From the NCBI RefSeq assembly GCF_001623075.1, contig NZ_LMCF01000121.1:7901-39900 (forward strand): a DNA stretch of 32,000 nucleotides. Reading direction: 5' to 3'. The notes under the pieces were generated by a model that was given only the letters and a program-made list of their open reading frames with translations, was not told the origin of the DNA and made no database searches. This stretch comes from Pseudovibrio sp. Ad37 (lineage in GTDB: Bacteria; Pseudomonadota; Alphaproteobacteria; Rhizobiales; Stappiaceae). Positions within the stretch are counted from its first letter, which is position 1. Every line of letters starts with the position of its first letter. A program made the translations under genes and the position numbers. Below, one piece after another: positions 1 through 9,161 of this stretch.

Positions 1-57
1 CTTTTGTAAGATCGAAAGATTTTGAGATAACACTCAAATCATAGAGTTCGCCTCGGA

Positions 58-100
58 GTGCGAACCTTAAGTTTTGGGTTCGCACCTTCAGGTTCGCACC
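58..100. repeat. Cluster of a 9-mer, GGTTCGCAC: inverted copy at 58-66, direct copies at 77-85 and 91-99 (14-nt period), degenerate copy GAGTTCGCC at 44-52
   Basis: Read directly from the sequence. 44-66 also forms the inverted repeat TTCGC-N9-GCGAA. Function unknown (operator, terminase or integrase binding sites are all possible). Confidence 0.6.
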
Positions 101-115
101 CGCGCTAAGCATTCA

Positions 116-529
116 TTACTTTATGGCATACGCATAAAGCTCAACCTGAAGCTCGTTTAGTTGCCCGCTCAGACAAGTTGATCTTGATCCTAGCCATACC
201 CAGTATCGCACCACCGCACCGAATACATGAGGCTCAGAGTGAGCTAAACCTCGAAAGCATGTCCACAACTGAGCGTTTGTTTCACAATGCCAGTCAGCAT
301 CCTCGAAAGAGGAAATTATCAAAGATGCAAGTGCTTGCTTGATCTCAAAGTCCAATTCTTGCTCAAGATAAAACGCAACAAACTCGTCAATGCGCTCAGC
401 GTTAGATAATTCGAGTTCCCAGTCTTGCTCAGTTCCCGAAGCATTCAAGCAAAGTGCCACGTTTAGAAACTGAGCTGCCCTCGATGAGGGATATCGATAA
501 ACCTTACGTGAAACGTGTTTTTCAAACAC
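116..529 (-). CDS. Hypothetical acidic protein (137 aa), reverse-strand moron candidate
   Basis: ORF with GTG start preceded by GAGGGG 5 nt upstream. The central segment is very rich in D/E. My hand count for 121-480 is 167 G+C of 360 nt (about 46%), lower than the phage structural genes. No family recognised. Confidence 0.5.
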   Translation of the reverse strand: MFEKHVSRKVYRYPSSRAAQFLNVALCLNASGTEQDWELELSNAERIDEFVAFYLEQELDFEIKQALASLIISSFEDADWHCETNAQLWTCFRGLAHSEPHVFGAVVRYWVWLGSRSTCLSGQLNELQVELYAYAIK

Positions 530-614
530 GATAGCCCCTCATCTCAATTTCTAAGCACATAACAAAAAACAATATGCTGCAATTAGCTCCCCTTGCCTTT
601 AGTAGGAGAATAAC

Positions 615-1967
615 TTGCAAGTTGAGATGATGCCAATAGCGGCCTTGGTACCTTATGTGCACAATGCAAGAACACATCCCGATTGGCAGATTACCCAGAT
701 TGCAAGTTCTATTGCTGAGTTTGGTTTTACAAACCCAATCTTAGTTGGAGCTGACAACAATATCATCGCTGGTCATGGACGCCTGCTGGCCGCACAACTA
801 CTGAAGCTTGCAGAAGTCCCAGTTATCCGGCTCACACATCTGTCTGAAGTGCAGCGTCGCGCCCTCGTCATTGCCGATAACAGGATCGCGGAAAATGCCG
901 GTTGGGATGAGGCCTTGCTTCGCGAGGAATTGGCTGCGCTTTGTGACGACAGCTTCGATCTGGATGTGCTGGGGTTTTCCGATGAGGAGCTTGGCAAACT
1001 TTTAGTGTTTGGAGGCGAAGATACTCCACCACCTCCACTGGGTGACGAGGACCATGTTCCCTCACCAGAGCCAGTTCATGCGTCTGTTCCAGGTTCCATC
1101 TGGCTTTTGGGCGAACACCGCCTCATGTGCGGCGACAGCACGTCTTCAGATCAGATGGGCATGTTGTGCGATGGCGCATTGATCGATGCTGTCTGGACCG
1201 ATCCGCCCTACAACGTGAACTACGAGGGCGTGGCAGGAAAGATCGAGAACGACAACCTCAGCAAAGACGCCTTCCGTAAGTTCCTGCTGGATGCATTTTC
1301 CTCTACCGCATCCGTCATGCGCGGTGGTGCGCCCATCTATGTGGCACATTCAGAGACCGAAGGGGTAAGTTTCCGCCGTGCTTTTGTCCAAGCCGGCTTC
1401 AAGCTCTCCAGCTGCCTCATCTGGGTTAAGCCTGCTCTAGTTATCGGACATGCCGACTATCAATGGCGCCACGAACCTATCCTCTACGGCTGGAAACTTG
1501 GAGCATCTCATAGCTGGTATGGCGGACGCACAAACACGACTGTGTTCGAGGCGGATGGCAAATTCTTGCGAGTAATGCCCGATGGCAGTCTGCAGATTGA
1601 TCTGGGTGATCAGGTGGTCATCGTTGAAGGGAAGCATATGACCATGCGCTCTGTCGATAGTACCGTCATCCATCATGACAAGCCGGTGAAAAGCCCGGAG
1701 CACCCGACAATGAAGCCCGTATCTCTGATCCAGCAAATGCTAGAGAATTCAACTGAGCACGGCGATCTTGTGTTGGATCCCTTTGGCGGCTCAGGCTCCA
1801 CACTGATTGCCTGCCAAAAGCTAGGGCGCAAAGCACGGCTGATGGAACTTGATCCGAAATTCTGCGATGTGATCGTTACTCGCTGGCAGGAATACACCGG
1901 CAGACAAGCGACGCTCGCCGGTGATGGCCGCAGCTTTGACGAAATCCGTACTCTTGTAAGTACTTGA
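615..1967 (+). CDS. ParB-like nuclease domain fused to a beta-class N6A/N4C DNA methyltransferase (orphan phage MTase)
   Basis: N-terminal ParB/Srx-like region (NIIAGHGRLLAA, VIADNRIAE). Motif IV WTDPPYNVNY precedes motif I DPFGGSGSTLIA, which is the beta-class order. TTG start 7 nt after AGGAG. Confidence 0.9.
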   Translation: MQVEMMPIAALVPYVHNARTHPDWQITQIASSIAEFGFTNPILVGADNNIIAGHGRLLAAQLLKLAEVPVIRLTHLSEVQRRALVIADNRIAENAGWDEALLREELAALCDDSFDLDVLGFSDEELGKLLVFGGEDTPPPPLGDEDHVPSPEPVHASVPGSIWLLGEHRLMCGDSTSSDQMGMLCDGALIDAVWTDPPYNVNYEGVAGKIENDNLSKDAFRKFLLDAFSSTASVMRGGAPIYVAHSETEGVSFRRAFVQAGFKLSSCLIWVKPALVIGHADYQWRHEPILYGWKLGASHSWYGGRTNTTVFEADGKFLRVMPDGSLQIDLGDQVVIVEGKHMTMRSVDSTVIHHDKPVKSPEHPTMKPVSLIQQMLENSTEHGDLVLDPFGGSGSTLIACQKLGRKARLMELDPKFCDVIVTRWQEYTGRQATLAGDGRSFDEIRTLVST

Positions 1968-2009
1968 ACTCATTCACTAACTTGAACAGCAAATGCATGG
2001 ACTGGAGCT

Positions 2010-2573
2010 ATGGGATTATCTCGGCGGGCATATGCGCAGCATCGCAAAGCTTTGGGATTACCCGGTGCGACAGACATGGCCGTGCGCAAAGCAATCCAAT
2101 CTGCCAGGATCACCCTAGAGGCCGATGGCAGCATTGATCCAGCTAAAGCGGATGCGCAGTGGGCGGCATCAACAGACAGCGCGAAACGCAGACAGCCCAA
2201 GCGCTCGGAACGGCAACCAATCAAGCCGTCTACCGCCCCTTCAATTCCCGACGGCGCAGATCCCATCGGCGGTTCGCAAGGCATAACATACGCCAAGGCC
2301 CGTGCTGCCAATGAAGCTTTGAAGGCACAGCGCTCTAAGTTACTCTTGCAACAGCTCAAGGGCGAACTCATCGACCGCCGGGCGGCGGTGAACCATGTGT
2401 TCGATCTGGCACGAAAAGAGCGAGATTCATGGCTGCAACTGCCAGCCCGTGTTGCCGCCAATATGGCCGCCGAGCTTGGCGTCGATGCCCACAAGATGGA
2501 GCTGCTGCTTGATGAGGTTATTCGCGACCACTTAGCCCGGCTTTCTGAAATCAAGATAGAGCTCGGTGGGTGA
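2010..2573 (+). CDS. Terminase small subunit (Nu1-like, N-terminal HTH)
   Basis: Lies directly upstream of, and overlaps by 8 nt, the GpA-type large terminase gene. It has an N-terminal HTH-like segment and a YAKARAANEALKAQ...GELIDR pattern resembling Nu1-type TerS. Confidence 0.7.
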   Translation: MGLSRRAYAQHRKALGLPGATDMAVRKAIQSARITLEADGSIDPAKADAQWAASTDSAKRRQPKRSERQPIKPSTAPSIPDGADPIGGSQGITYAKARAANEALKAQRSKLLLQQLKGELIDRRAAVNHVFDLARKERDSWLQLPARVAANMAAELGVDAHKMELLLDEVIRDHLARLSEIKIELGG

Positions 2574-4551
2574 GTATCAGGGCACAAGTGACATTCAAAG
2601 CGCCTGGCTTTCGGGACTGGCACCAGATCCAGCGCTTACGGTTACGCAGTGGGCTGATGTCAAACGCTATCTGTCTTCAAAAGGGGCTGCCGAGCCCGGC
2701 AAATATGCAAGTTCGCGCACCCCATTTATGCGCGCTATTATGGATGCACTGTCGCCAAGTCATTGGGCCCAGAAAATCATCTTTGCCAAATCCGCTCAGG
2801 TGGGCGCGACGGAGGCCGGCATCAACTGGATCGGGCACACCATGGAGGTGGCGCCTGGTCCGTTTTTAGCCGTGCAAGCCAATGAGACCACTGCCAAGCG
2901 GTTTTCCCGCCAGCGGGTCGATCCCATGATCGAGGCGACACCCACGATCAAAGACATCGTGGCGCCGGCTAAATCACGGGACAGCGGAAACACGCAGCTG
3001 GAGAAAAGCTATCCTGGCGGGCATCTCTTCATTGCCGGTGGCAACTCAGCAGCGGGCCTCAGGTCCATGCCAATCCGCTATGTACATCTGGATGAAGTGG
3101 ATGCTTACAAAGATGACCTTGATGAGGAAGGTGATCCGGTCACCCTGGCGGAAGCGCGTACACATACGTTTGGCCGGCGCAAGAAGATCTACATCTCCTC
3201 CACGCCAACCATCAAAGGGGCCTCGCGTATCGAAGCAGAGTTCGAGTTAAGTGATCAAAACCGCTACTTCGTGCCCTGCCCCCATTGTCTGGGTCTACAG
3301 GTTCTAAAATTTGAACGTCTCAAATGGGATTGGGGCACCCCGCGTTCTGTACGCTACCTGTGTGAGCATTGCGATGCTTCAATCGAGGAGCGCTTTAAGA
3401 CATGGATGATGGATCCAGAGAATGGCGCGTGTTGGCAACCAACCGCAGATCCAGAACTGATCCACAAAGCCCATGAGGCTGGGATTGTCGGGTTTCATAT
3501 CTCGGGACTGTATTCGCCCATTGGTTGGCTGTCCTGGGAGGCAATTGCGCGCTCCTGGGAAGCTGCGCAAGGCAAGGATGCGCTTCTTAAGGCATTCAAG
3601 AACACCACCCTTGGCGAGACCTGGGAAGAACAAGGCGAAGCCCCTGACTGGCAAAAGCTTTATGAGCGCCGGGAAAGTTTCAAGCTTGGCGTTGTTCCGA
3701 AAGGTGGCTTGGTTCTCACCATGGGCGTTGATGTGCAGCGTGCTGGACGGTTGGAAGCGGATATCTGGGCTTGGGGCCGAGGTGGAACAAGCTGGCTAAT
3801 CGATCACATCACTCTGGATGGCGATGTCACAAAGGACGACGTTTGGGTTGAGCTCACCGAGCTTTGTGCCAGCACCTGGCCGCATGAGAGCGGTGTACCC
3901 ATGTCCCTCGCCCGTGTGGGCATTGATACGGGTGACGGCATGACGGTGGATTCCGTTTATGCCTGGGTGCGTAAGATGGGCCGCGGCCAGGTGATTGCCC
4001 TCAAGGGCCGTGGCGGGTTCGATCGCATCGCGCCCGTTGATGGCCCCAGCTATGTGGACGTGACTGAGGGAGGGCGCAAAATCTCCCGCGGAGTGGCTCT
4101 TTGGAATGTGGCGGTTTCCGTCTTCAAACTGGAGACCTATCGCTATTTCCGCTTGAATGTACCCACCGACGAAGATCTTGCCCTTGGCAAAACCTATCCC
4201 GATGGTTTCATCCACGTGGGTCAGGGTGTCAGTGCTGAATGGTTCAAGCAGATCACCGCCGAGCAGCTGGTTCAACGCAAGAACAAACGTACCGGATTTG
4301 CCAAATCAGAATGGGTCAAAACCCGAGAACGAAACGAGGCATTGGATAGCCGCGTCTACGCCCGAGCTGTGGCCTGGCTGCTTGGCATTGACCGCTGGGA
4401 TGAAAGCCGCTGGCAGGACCTGGAAGCCCAGCTCAAACAAGCGCAGCAATCTGCCCCAGAACCTGCGGGCCAACCGCGCCGCCAGCGACGCTCCCGCAAG
4501 GCCAAGCAGAACACCTGGTTTGGGAAACAACAGAGGAACTGGTTCAAATGA
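2566..4551 (+). CDS. Terminase large subunit, lambda GpA family
   Basis: 661 aa. GpA-like N-terminal region with Walker-A-like KSAQVGATEAG, a CxxC...CxxC segment (CPHC...CEHC), and the expected position upstream of gpW and portal. Confidence 0.92.
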   Translation: MGEYQGTSDIQSAWLSGLAPDPALTVTQWADVKRYLSSKGAAEPGKYASSRTPFMRAIMDALSPSHWAQKIIFAKSAQVGATEAGINWIGHTMEVAPGPFLAVQANETTAKRFSRQRVDPMIEATPTIKDIVAPAKSRDSGNTQLEKSYPGGHLFIAGGNSAAGLRSMPIRYVHLDEVDAYKDDLDEEGDPVTLAEARTHTFGRRKKIYISSTPTIKGASRIEAEFELSDQNRYFVPCPHCLGLQVLKFERLKWDWGTPRSVRYLCEHCDASIEERFKTWMMDPENGACWQPTADPELIHKAHEAGIVGFHISGLYSPIGWLSWEAIARSWEAAQGKDALLKAFKNTTLGETWEEQGEAPDWQKLYERRESFKLGVVPKGGLVLTMGVDVQRAGRLEADIWAWGRGGTSWLIDHITLDGDVTKDDVWVELTELCASTWPHESGVPMSLARVGIDTGDGMTVDSVYAWVRKMGRGQVIALKGRGGFDRIAPVDGPSYVDVTEGGRKISRGVALWNVAVSVFKLETYRYFRLNVPTDEDLALGKTYPDGFIHVGQGVSAEWFKQITAEQLVQRKNKRTGFAKSEWVKTRERNEALDSRVYARAVAWLLGIDRWDESRWQDLEAQLKQAQQSAPEPAGQPRRQRRSRKAKQNTWFGKQQRNWFK

Positions 4552-4757
4552 GCTGGACGCCAGCAGAATTGGCTGCCCTGAAGAAAGCCTATGCAGCTGG
4601 TGCCACCCGTGTTTCTTATGAAGGCAAGACAGTTGAGTACGATAGCGGTGCCCAGCTTCTTGCCCGGATCCGCATCATTGAAGCGGAAATTGCAGCAACA
4701 AGCGGCAAGAAAAAACCTGTAGCTGGCTTTGCCCGGTTCACCCGCGAGATCCGATGA
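4548..4757 (+). CDS. Head-tail joining protein, lambda gpW family
   Basis: 69 aa, located between GpA terminase and lambda-type portal. Sequence LAALKKAYAAGATRVSYEGKTVEYDS...LARIRIIEAEI is typical of gpW. ATGA overlaps at both ends. Confidence 0.8.
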   Translation: MSWTPAELAALKKAYAAGATRVSYEGKTVEYDSGAQLLARIRIIEAEIAATSGKKKPVAGFARFTREIR

Positions 4758-6292
4758 GAACCAAGCCGGTGCAGGTATCCTTTACCTGGAGTGATCGGGC
4801 GCTGGCTCTGTTTTCACCAACGCGCGCCGCAAAGCGCTATGCCAGCCGCGCCACCCTTGCCAATTTACGCCGACTGTATGAAGGGGCGCAAAAGGGTAGA
4901 TTGAGCGACGGCTGGCGCTCCAGTAATACAGCAGCTGACAGTGAGATCACAGCAGCAGGCGGTCTTCTGCGGGAGCGCATGCGTGATCTTGTCCGCAACA
5001 ATCCACTGGCAGCCCAAGCGGTTCAGGTGCTCGTCAACAACATGGTTGGCCCCGGCATAAGGCCACGGGCGGCCACATCCAACAAAGCGCGCAACAAGAA
5101 GATCGACAAGCTTTGGAACGAATGGGCAAAGGCTTGCGATGCCCATGGTCATACGGACTTTCATGGGCTCTTGAGCCTGGCCGTGCGTGAGATGATTGAA
5201 GGCGGTGAGGTCTTTGCCCTCAAACGCCCTCAGCGCAGCTCCAAAGGCAAGGTGCCCTTGCAGATTGAGCTTCGCGAGGCCGACCATCTGGATACCTCCC
5301 GGCTGAGTGAAGCCAAAGACAACTCCATTCGCCAAGGCATTGAATACGACAAGGCTGGCAGGCGGACCGCTTATTGGATGTTTCCAGATCATCCGGGAGA
5401 CACCACCTCTGCCTTCACGCGCCGGTTGGAATCCATTCGCATACCGGCAGACATGGTGGCACATCTGTTTGAGCGTCAGCGGGTGCAGTCACGCGGTGTG
5501 CCGTGGGGAACGCCCGCCATGACAGCGCTTCGGGATCTAGGTGATTGGCAGCTTGCCGAAATGGTGCGCAAGAAAACCGAAGCCTGCCTAGTCGGCGTGG
5601 TGCTGGGCGAAGACGGCGATGGCGGAGCCTCTGTTGCGCCCACGGTTGAAGATGCTGACGGCAACCAGATCGAACAGTTCTCTCCCGGTATGATCGCCTA
5701 TGCACGGGGTGGCAAGGATATTCGCTTTAACACACCAGGTCATTCTGGCGGTATTGCAGAGTGGAACCGGGTGCAGATGCATATCATCGCCTCGGGTTTT
5801 CGGATGCCTTATGCGCTGATGACGGGTGACCTCAGTCAGGCCAACTTTTCTTCCAACCGGGCAGGCCTCAATGAGTTCCGCCGCATGGTCGATCAGGTGC
5901 AGTGGCACATCATAATCCCGATGTTCTGCGAGCGTATCTGGGCCTGGTTTATTGAGGCCGCTTTTACCGCAGGTCTTACCGATACGCCGGACATACCGGC
6001 AGAATGGGCACCGCCCAAGTTTGAAAGCGTCAATCCCAAGCAGGATGCTGAAACCGATCTTATCGAGACCAGATCAGGCTTCACCTCCCTGCCCCAGCAA
6101 ATTGCCAAGCGTGGCTATGATCCACGCGAGGTGGTGGAAGAACAAGCAGCGTTCCTCAAGGAAACCGATGACCTCGGTCTGGTCCTCGACAGCGATCCAC
6201 GCAAGATGTCCCGCGCGGGCCTTGCACAAGCTGACCTCGAAACGGGTCCGAAACCAGAACCATCCAGCAGCACAGCGAAAGACGAAACCTGA
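4754..6292 (+). CDS. Portal protein, lambda (gpB) family
   Basis: 512 aa in the expected position after gpW, with lambda-family portal-like sequence (NNPLAAQAV, EGGEVF, QVQW). Confidence 0.9.
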   Translation: MRTKPVQVSFTWSDRALALFSPTRAAKRYASRATLANLRRLYEGAQKGRLSDGWRSSNTAADSEITAAGGLLRERMRDLVRNNPLAAQAVQVLVNNMVGPGIRPRAATSNKARNKKIDKLWNEWAKACDAHGHTDFHGLLSLAVREMIEGGEVFALKRPQRSSKGKVPLQIELREADHLDTSRLSEAKDNSIRQGIEYDKAGRRTAYWMFPDHPGDTTSAFTRRLESIRIPADMVAHLFERQRVQSRGVPWGTPAMTALRDLGDWQLAEMVRKKTEACLVGVVLGEDGDGGASVAPTVEDADGNQIEQFSPGMIAYARGGKDIRFNTPGHSGGIAEWNRVQMHIIASGFRMPYALMTGDLSQANFSSNRAGLNEFRRMVDQVQWHIIIPMFCERIWAWFIEAAFTAGLTDTPDIPAEWAPPKFESVNPKQDAETDLIETRSGFTSLPQQIAKRGYDPREVVEEQAAFLKETDDLGLVLDSDPRKMSRAGLAQADLETGPKPEPSSSTAKDET

Positions 6293-8310
6293 TGCCAGAG
6301 CAAACGTTAGGCCTGCCGCTTTTGGGGCGGGCTGCAGAAGTGCGTGCAGATAGCGTAGACCGCGAGGCACGCACCATTGAGATTGTCTGGACCACGGGTG
6401 CCACCGTCCAGCGCATGCGCTGGGAAGGTTGGGATGAGCTTGTTGAATACGATGAAGAGCTGCAGGTGGATGAGAGGTCCGTTCGCCTGGGGAGGCTGGA
6501 TGCCGGTGCCCCGTTCCTCAATTCCCACAATGCCTGGCGTCTGGAGAATGTGCTGGGTTCTGTTGTTCCAGGCTCCGTGCGTCTTCAAGACGGGAAAGGC
6601 TTTGCCACCATCCGGCTGACAGACGCACCTGATGCCTCAGGCATTGTCCAGCGTATCCTGGAAGGCACCGTGCGCAGTGTTTCCGTTGGCTACCGCGTCC
6701 ACACTTATGAGATCACAGCACAAGAAGGCAAACGTGAACTCTGGCGTGCCACCGACTGGGAGCCTCTGGAAGTCTCAGCAGTTGCTATTCCCGCTGATCC
6801 GGGTGCGCAAACCCGAAGCTCAAATGAGATAGCGCCTTCGTTCAGTCCCTGCACGCTTGTTCGCAACTTGAACCTCTCGTCGCCCTCCAAGGAGTCCGTG
6901 ATGCCAGATACGCCCAATGACAAACCTGCAACAGATACAGTAAGAACCGATCCTCCGAAAACGCCAGAGCAATCAGCGTCACCTCCTGAGGAAGAGCCCA
7001 ATGCGGAGGCAGTGCGCACTGAAGAACGCACCCGTGTCAGCACCATCACACAACTGTGCCGGCGACATAAACTGGAAGATAGCTTTGCTGATGATCTGAT
7101 TGCCCGCGGCGTGTCCCTGGAGACCGCCCGATCAGAAATCCTCGACAAGATCTACGAGGCTGATCCGCTCAAAGGCAAAACCACAGAGCCTGCCCCAGCA
7201 GAAGCACGAGAACAAGACACTCGAGAGATCTCTTATCGCGATGCCCTCACCAATGCGCTGCAACACCGCGCTTCGCCTGATCTCAACAAACTTGGTGAGG
7301 ATGCTCGGCAGTTTCGTGGCATGACACTTTTGGAACTTGCCCGTCATTCTCTGGAGCGGCGCGGCTTCAGCACCCTTGGCATGAGTAAGATGGAGTTGGC
7401 CACTGCCGCCTTTGCCATGCGCTCTGCAGGTTATCACGCCACTTCTGACTTTCCGGCCATTCTTGCCAATGTGGCCGGCAAGACTTTGCGCGATGCTTAT
7501 GACATCACCCCGCGCACCTTCCGCCCCTGGGCCCGGCGTACAACCATCGTTGACTTCAAACCCGTACAGCGCACCCAGCTTGGCGGCGCGCCAGACTTAC
7601 AAAAAGTGCTCGAATCTGGCGAGTTCCAATACGGAACCATGGGCGAAGGCAAAGAAGTCTATGCACTGGCCACCTACGGCAAGATCATCGCTATCACTCG
7701 CCAGGCACTGATAAATGATGATCTGGATGCTTTTACCCGGATCCCGCGCTCTTTTGGTGCATCAGCTGCTGATCTGGAAAGCGACATTGTCTACGCTATC
7801 CTCAAGGACAATCCGGTGATGCAGGATGGGACTGCGTTGTTTCATGCAAAGCATAACAATCTGGGCGCTGCAGCCAGAATTGATGAAACGTCCCTCACCG
7901 CTGCCTACCGCGCCTTTGGCCTGCACAAGGGGCTTGAAGGGAGGCTGATCTCGGTGCAGCCACGCTACATCATCACACCGCCCGGCCCGCGGTCAGTCGA
8001 AGCACGCAAGCAGATCACGGCCACCACACCGGCCAACACCGCGGATGTGAATGCTTATGCTGGCCGCCTTGAACCCATAGAAGAACCGCGCCTGATCCCG
8101 GCATCAGGACAGGATCCCTGGTTCATGGCTGCGGATCCGGCTCGTATTGATACAGTGGAGTTTGCTTATCTGGAGGGCCAGGAAGGTGTCTTTACTGAAA
8201 CCCGCACAGGCTTTGAGGTCGACGGCATTGAGATCAAGGCCAGGCATGACTTTGCCGCCAAGGCCATTGACCACCGCGGGCTCTATAAGAACCCTGGCGC
8301 AGCGGCGTAA
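6292..8310 (+). CDS. Prohead protease / major capsid protein fusion
   Basis: The N-terminal ~190 aa resemble an HK97-type prohead serine protease. A P/E/T-rich linker follows, then a C-terminal ~340 aa HK97-fold capsid-like domain (FAYLEGQEGVF...GIEIKARHDF). It is one uninterrupted ORF. Confidence 0.85.
   Translation: MPEQTLGLPLLGRAAEVRADSVDREARTIEIVWTTGATVQRMRWEGWDELVEYDEELQVDERSVRLGRLDAGAPFLNSHNAWRLENVLGSVVPGSVRLQDGKGFATIRLTDAPDASGIVQRILEGTVRSVSVGYRVHTYEITAQEGKRELWRATDWEPLEVSAVAIPADPGAQTRSSNEIAPSFSPCTLVRNLNLSSPSKESVMPDTPNDKPATDTVRTDPPKTPEQSASPPEEEPNAEAVRTEERTRVSTITQLCRRHKLEDSFADDLIARGVSLETARSEILDKIYEADPLKGKTTEPAPAEAREQDTREISYRDALTNALQHRASPDLNKLGEDARQFRGMTLLELARHSLERRGFSTLGMSKMELATAAFAMRSAGYHATSDFPAILANVAGKTLRDAYDITPRTFRPWARRTTIVDFKPVQRTQLGGAPDLQKVLESGEFQYGTMGEGKEVYALATYGKIIAITRQALINDDLDAFTRIPRSFGASAADLESDIVYAILKDNPVMQDGTALFHAKHNNLGAAARIDETSLTAAYRAFGLHKGLEGRLISVQPRYIITPPGPRSVEARKQITATTPANTADVNAYAGRLEPIEEPRLIPASGQDPWFMAADPARIDTVEFAYLEGQEGVFTETRTGFEVDGIEIKARHDFAAKAIDHRGLYKNPGAAA
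6889..6903 (+). promoter_or_regulatory. Candidate internal translation start (SD AAGGAG 6889-6894, in-frame ATG 6901-6903) inside the protease-capsid ORF
   Basis: Perfect AAGGAG with a 6-nt spacer to an in-frame Met (codon 204), located just after the protease domain. Confidence 0.4.
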
Positions 8311-8354
8311 CGTACTGAAAGTTTGGGATATTTTTCTTTGCAATATCAGCAAGT

Positions 8355-9161
8355 TCAACATACTGAGGGTTCAGCATCAGAGCAGGCCTGTTCACCCTTG
8401 AGAGCTAGACTTCGTTCCAGAAAATCGATCAGCAAACTATGGTGTAGATTTTCTCCATCACTACCCGGCACGTGACCTTCTTCTGCGTAATAGTGAGCCT
8501 CTACAGGCAAACCGCTTTCCTCTCGACGAGTTTCCAGTCGGCGTGTCATTTCAGGCGACCAAGTGAGATCTTTAAGGCCAGCAGAAAGAAACAGAGGTTC
8601 AGGAAAAGCTTCAACTGGTATCGGTGTGGTCGGTAACAGATTGCTAGAATCACCATTCCAGCACCATGCACGACGCGCACAATCCCACACCTGCCAGCCG
8701 GGGTCACCGGCGTCCCGAAAGTGCTTTGCATCAAATGCTCCACACACAACGTCTGGCGCAGCAAGGCAAGCAACTGCGTCGGGTCGTCCATCTATCTCTT
8801 TTTGAGCCATAAGCGATGCGACGAGCAATGCATGCTCAGCCCCTCGTGAGACACCGTATAGTACGACCCGACCATCACATGCTTCAAACTCACGAAGAGC
8901 GTGAATGGCATCGACGGTGCGCGTTAGTTCGACATCTTCGATCGCCCCAGCATTCCACGCATTGCCACCAACAGAGTACCCGTGCGGGTATGAGAGGAAA
9001 CCTGAAGCAGCAAGAATAGCTGCGGTTCGATGCGACCAGCCGGAACTGCTCCCCTCAGATCCATGTAGAATTAGTATCGCAGGAAACGGGCCATCATCGG
9101 GAGGGCCATAAGTTGTCCCAAATTCTGGCAACAATCTGCGAATAACAGCTAGCGCTGACAT
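8355..9161 (-). CDS. Alpha/beta hydrolase (dienelactone hydrolase / BAAT C-terminal-like), reverse-strand moron
   Basis: ILILHGSEG oxyanion-region motif, nucleophile elbow GVSRG, candidate Asp (GLKDLTW) and His (EEGHVPG). AAGAGG lies 9 nt before the ATG. No signal peptide. Confidence 0.8.
   Translation of the reverse strand: MSALAVIRRLLPEFGTTYGPPDDGPFPAILILHGSEGSSSGWSHRTAAILAASGFLSYPHGYSVGGNAWNAGAIEDVELTRTVDAIHALREFEACDGRVVLYGVSRGAEHALLVASLMAQKEIDGRPDAVACLAAPDVVCGAFDAKHFRDAGDPGWQVWDCARRAWCWNGDSSNLLPTTPIPVEAFPEPLFLSAGLKDLTWSPEMTRRLETRREESGLPVEAHYYAEEGHVPGSDGENLHHSLLIDFLERSLALKGEQACSDAEPSVC

Noticed and set aside
1970-2623. 217-aa minus-strand ORF, longer than the + strand TerS ORF it overlaps
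   Set aside because: It is antisense to a gene with recognisable TerS features and operon context. Its translation is Ser/Ala/Arg-rich low complexity, typical of shadow ORFs in GC-rich coding DNA.
8327-8347. Hairpins considered as terminators: GATATT-N9-AATATC between the capsid and hydrolase genes, and CCGAAAA-N9-TTTTCGG at 12020-12042 after the tail tube gene
   Set aside because: These are short AT-rich or weak stems without a following T-run, so they are not convincing intrinsic terminators. The second could still modulate tube/chaperone expression, but the evidence is thin.
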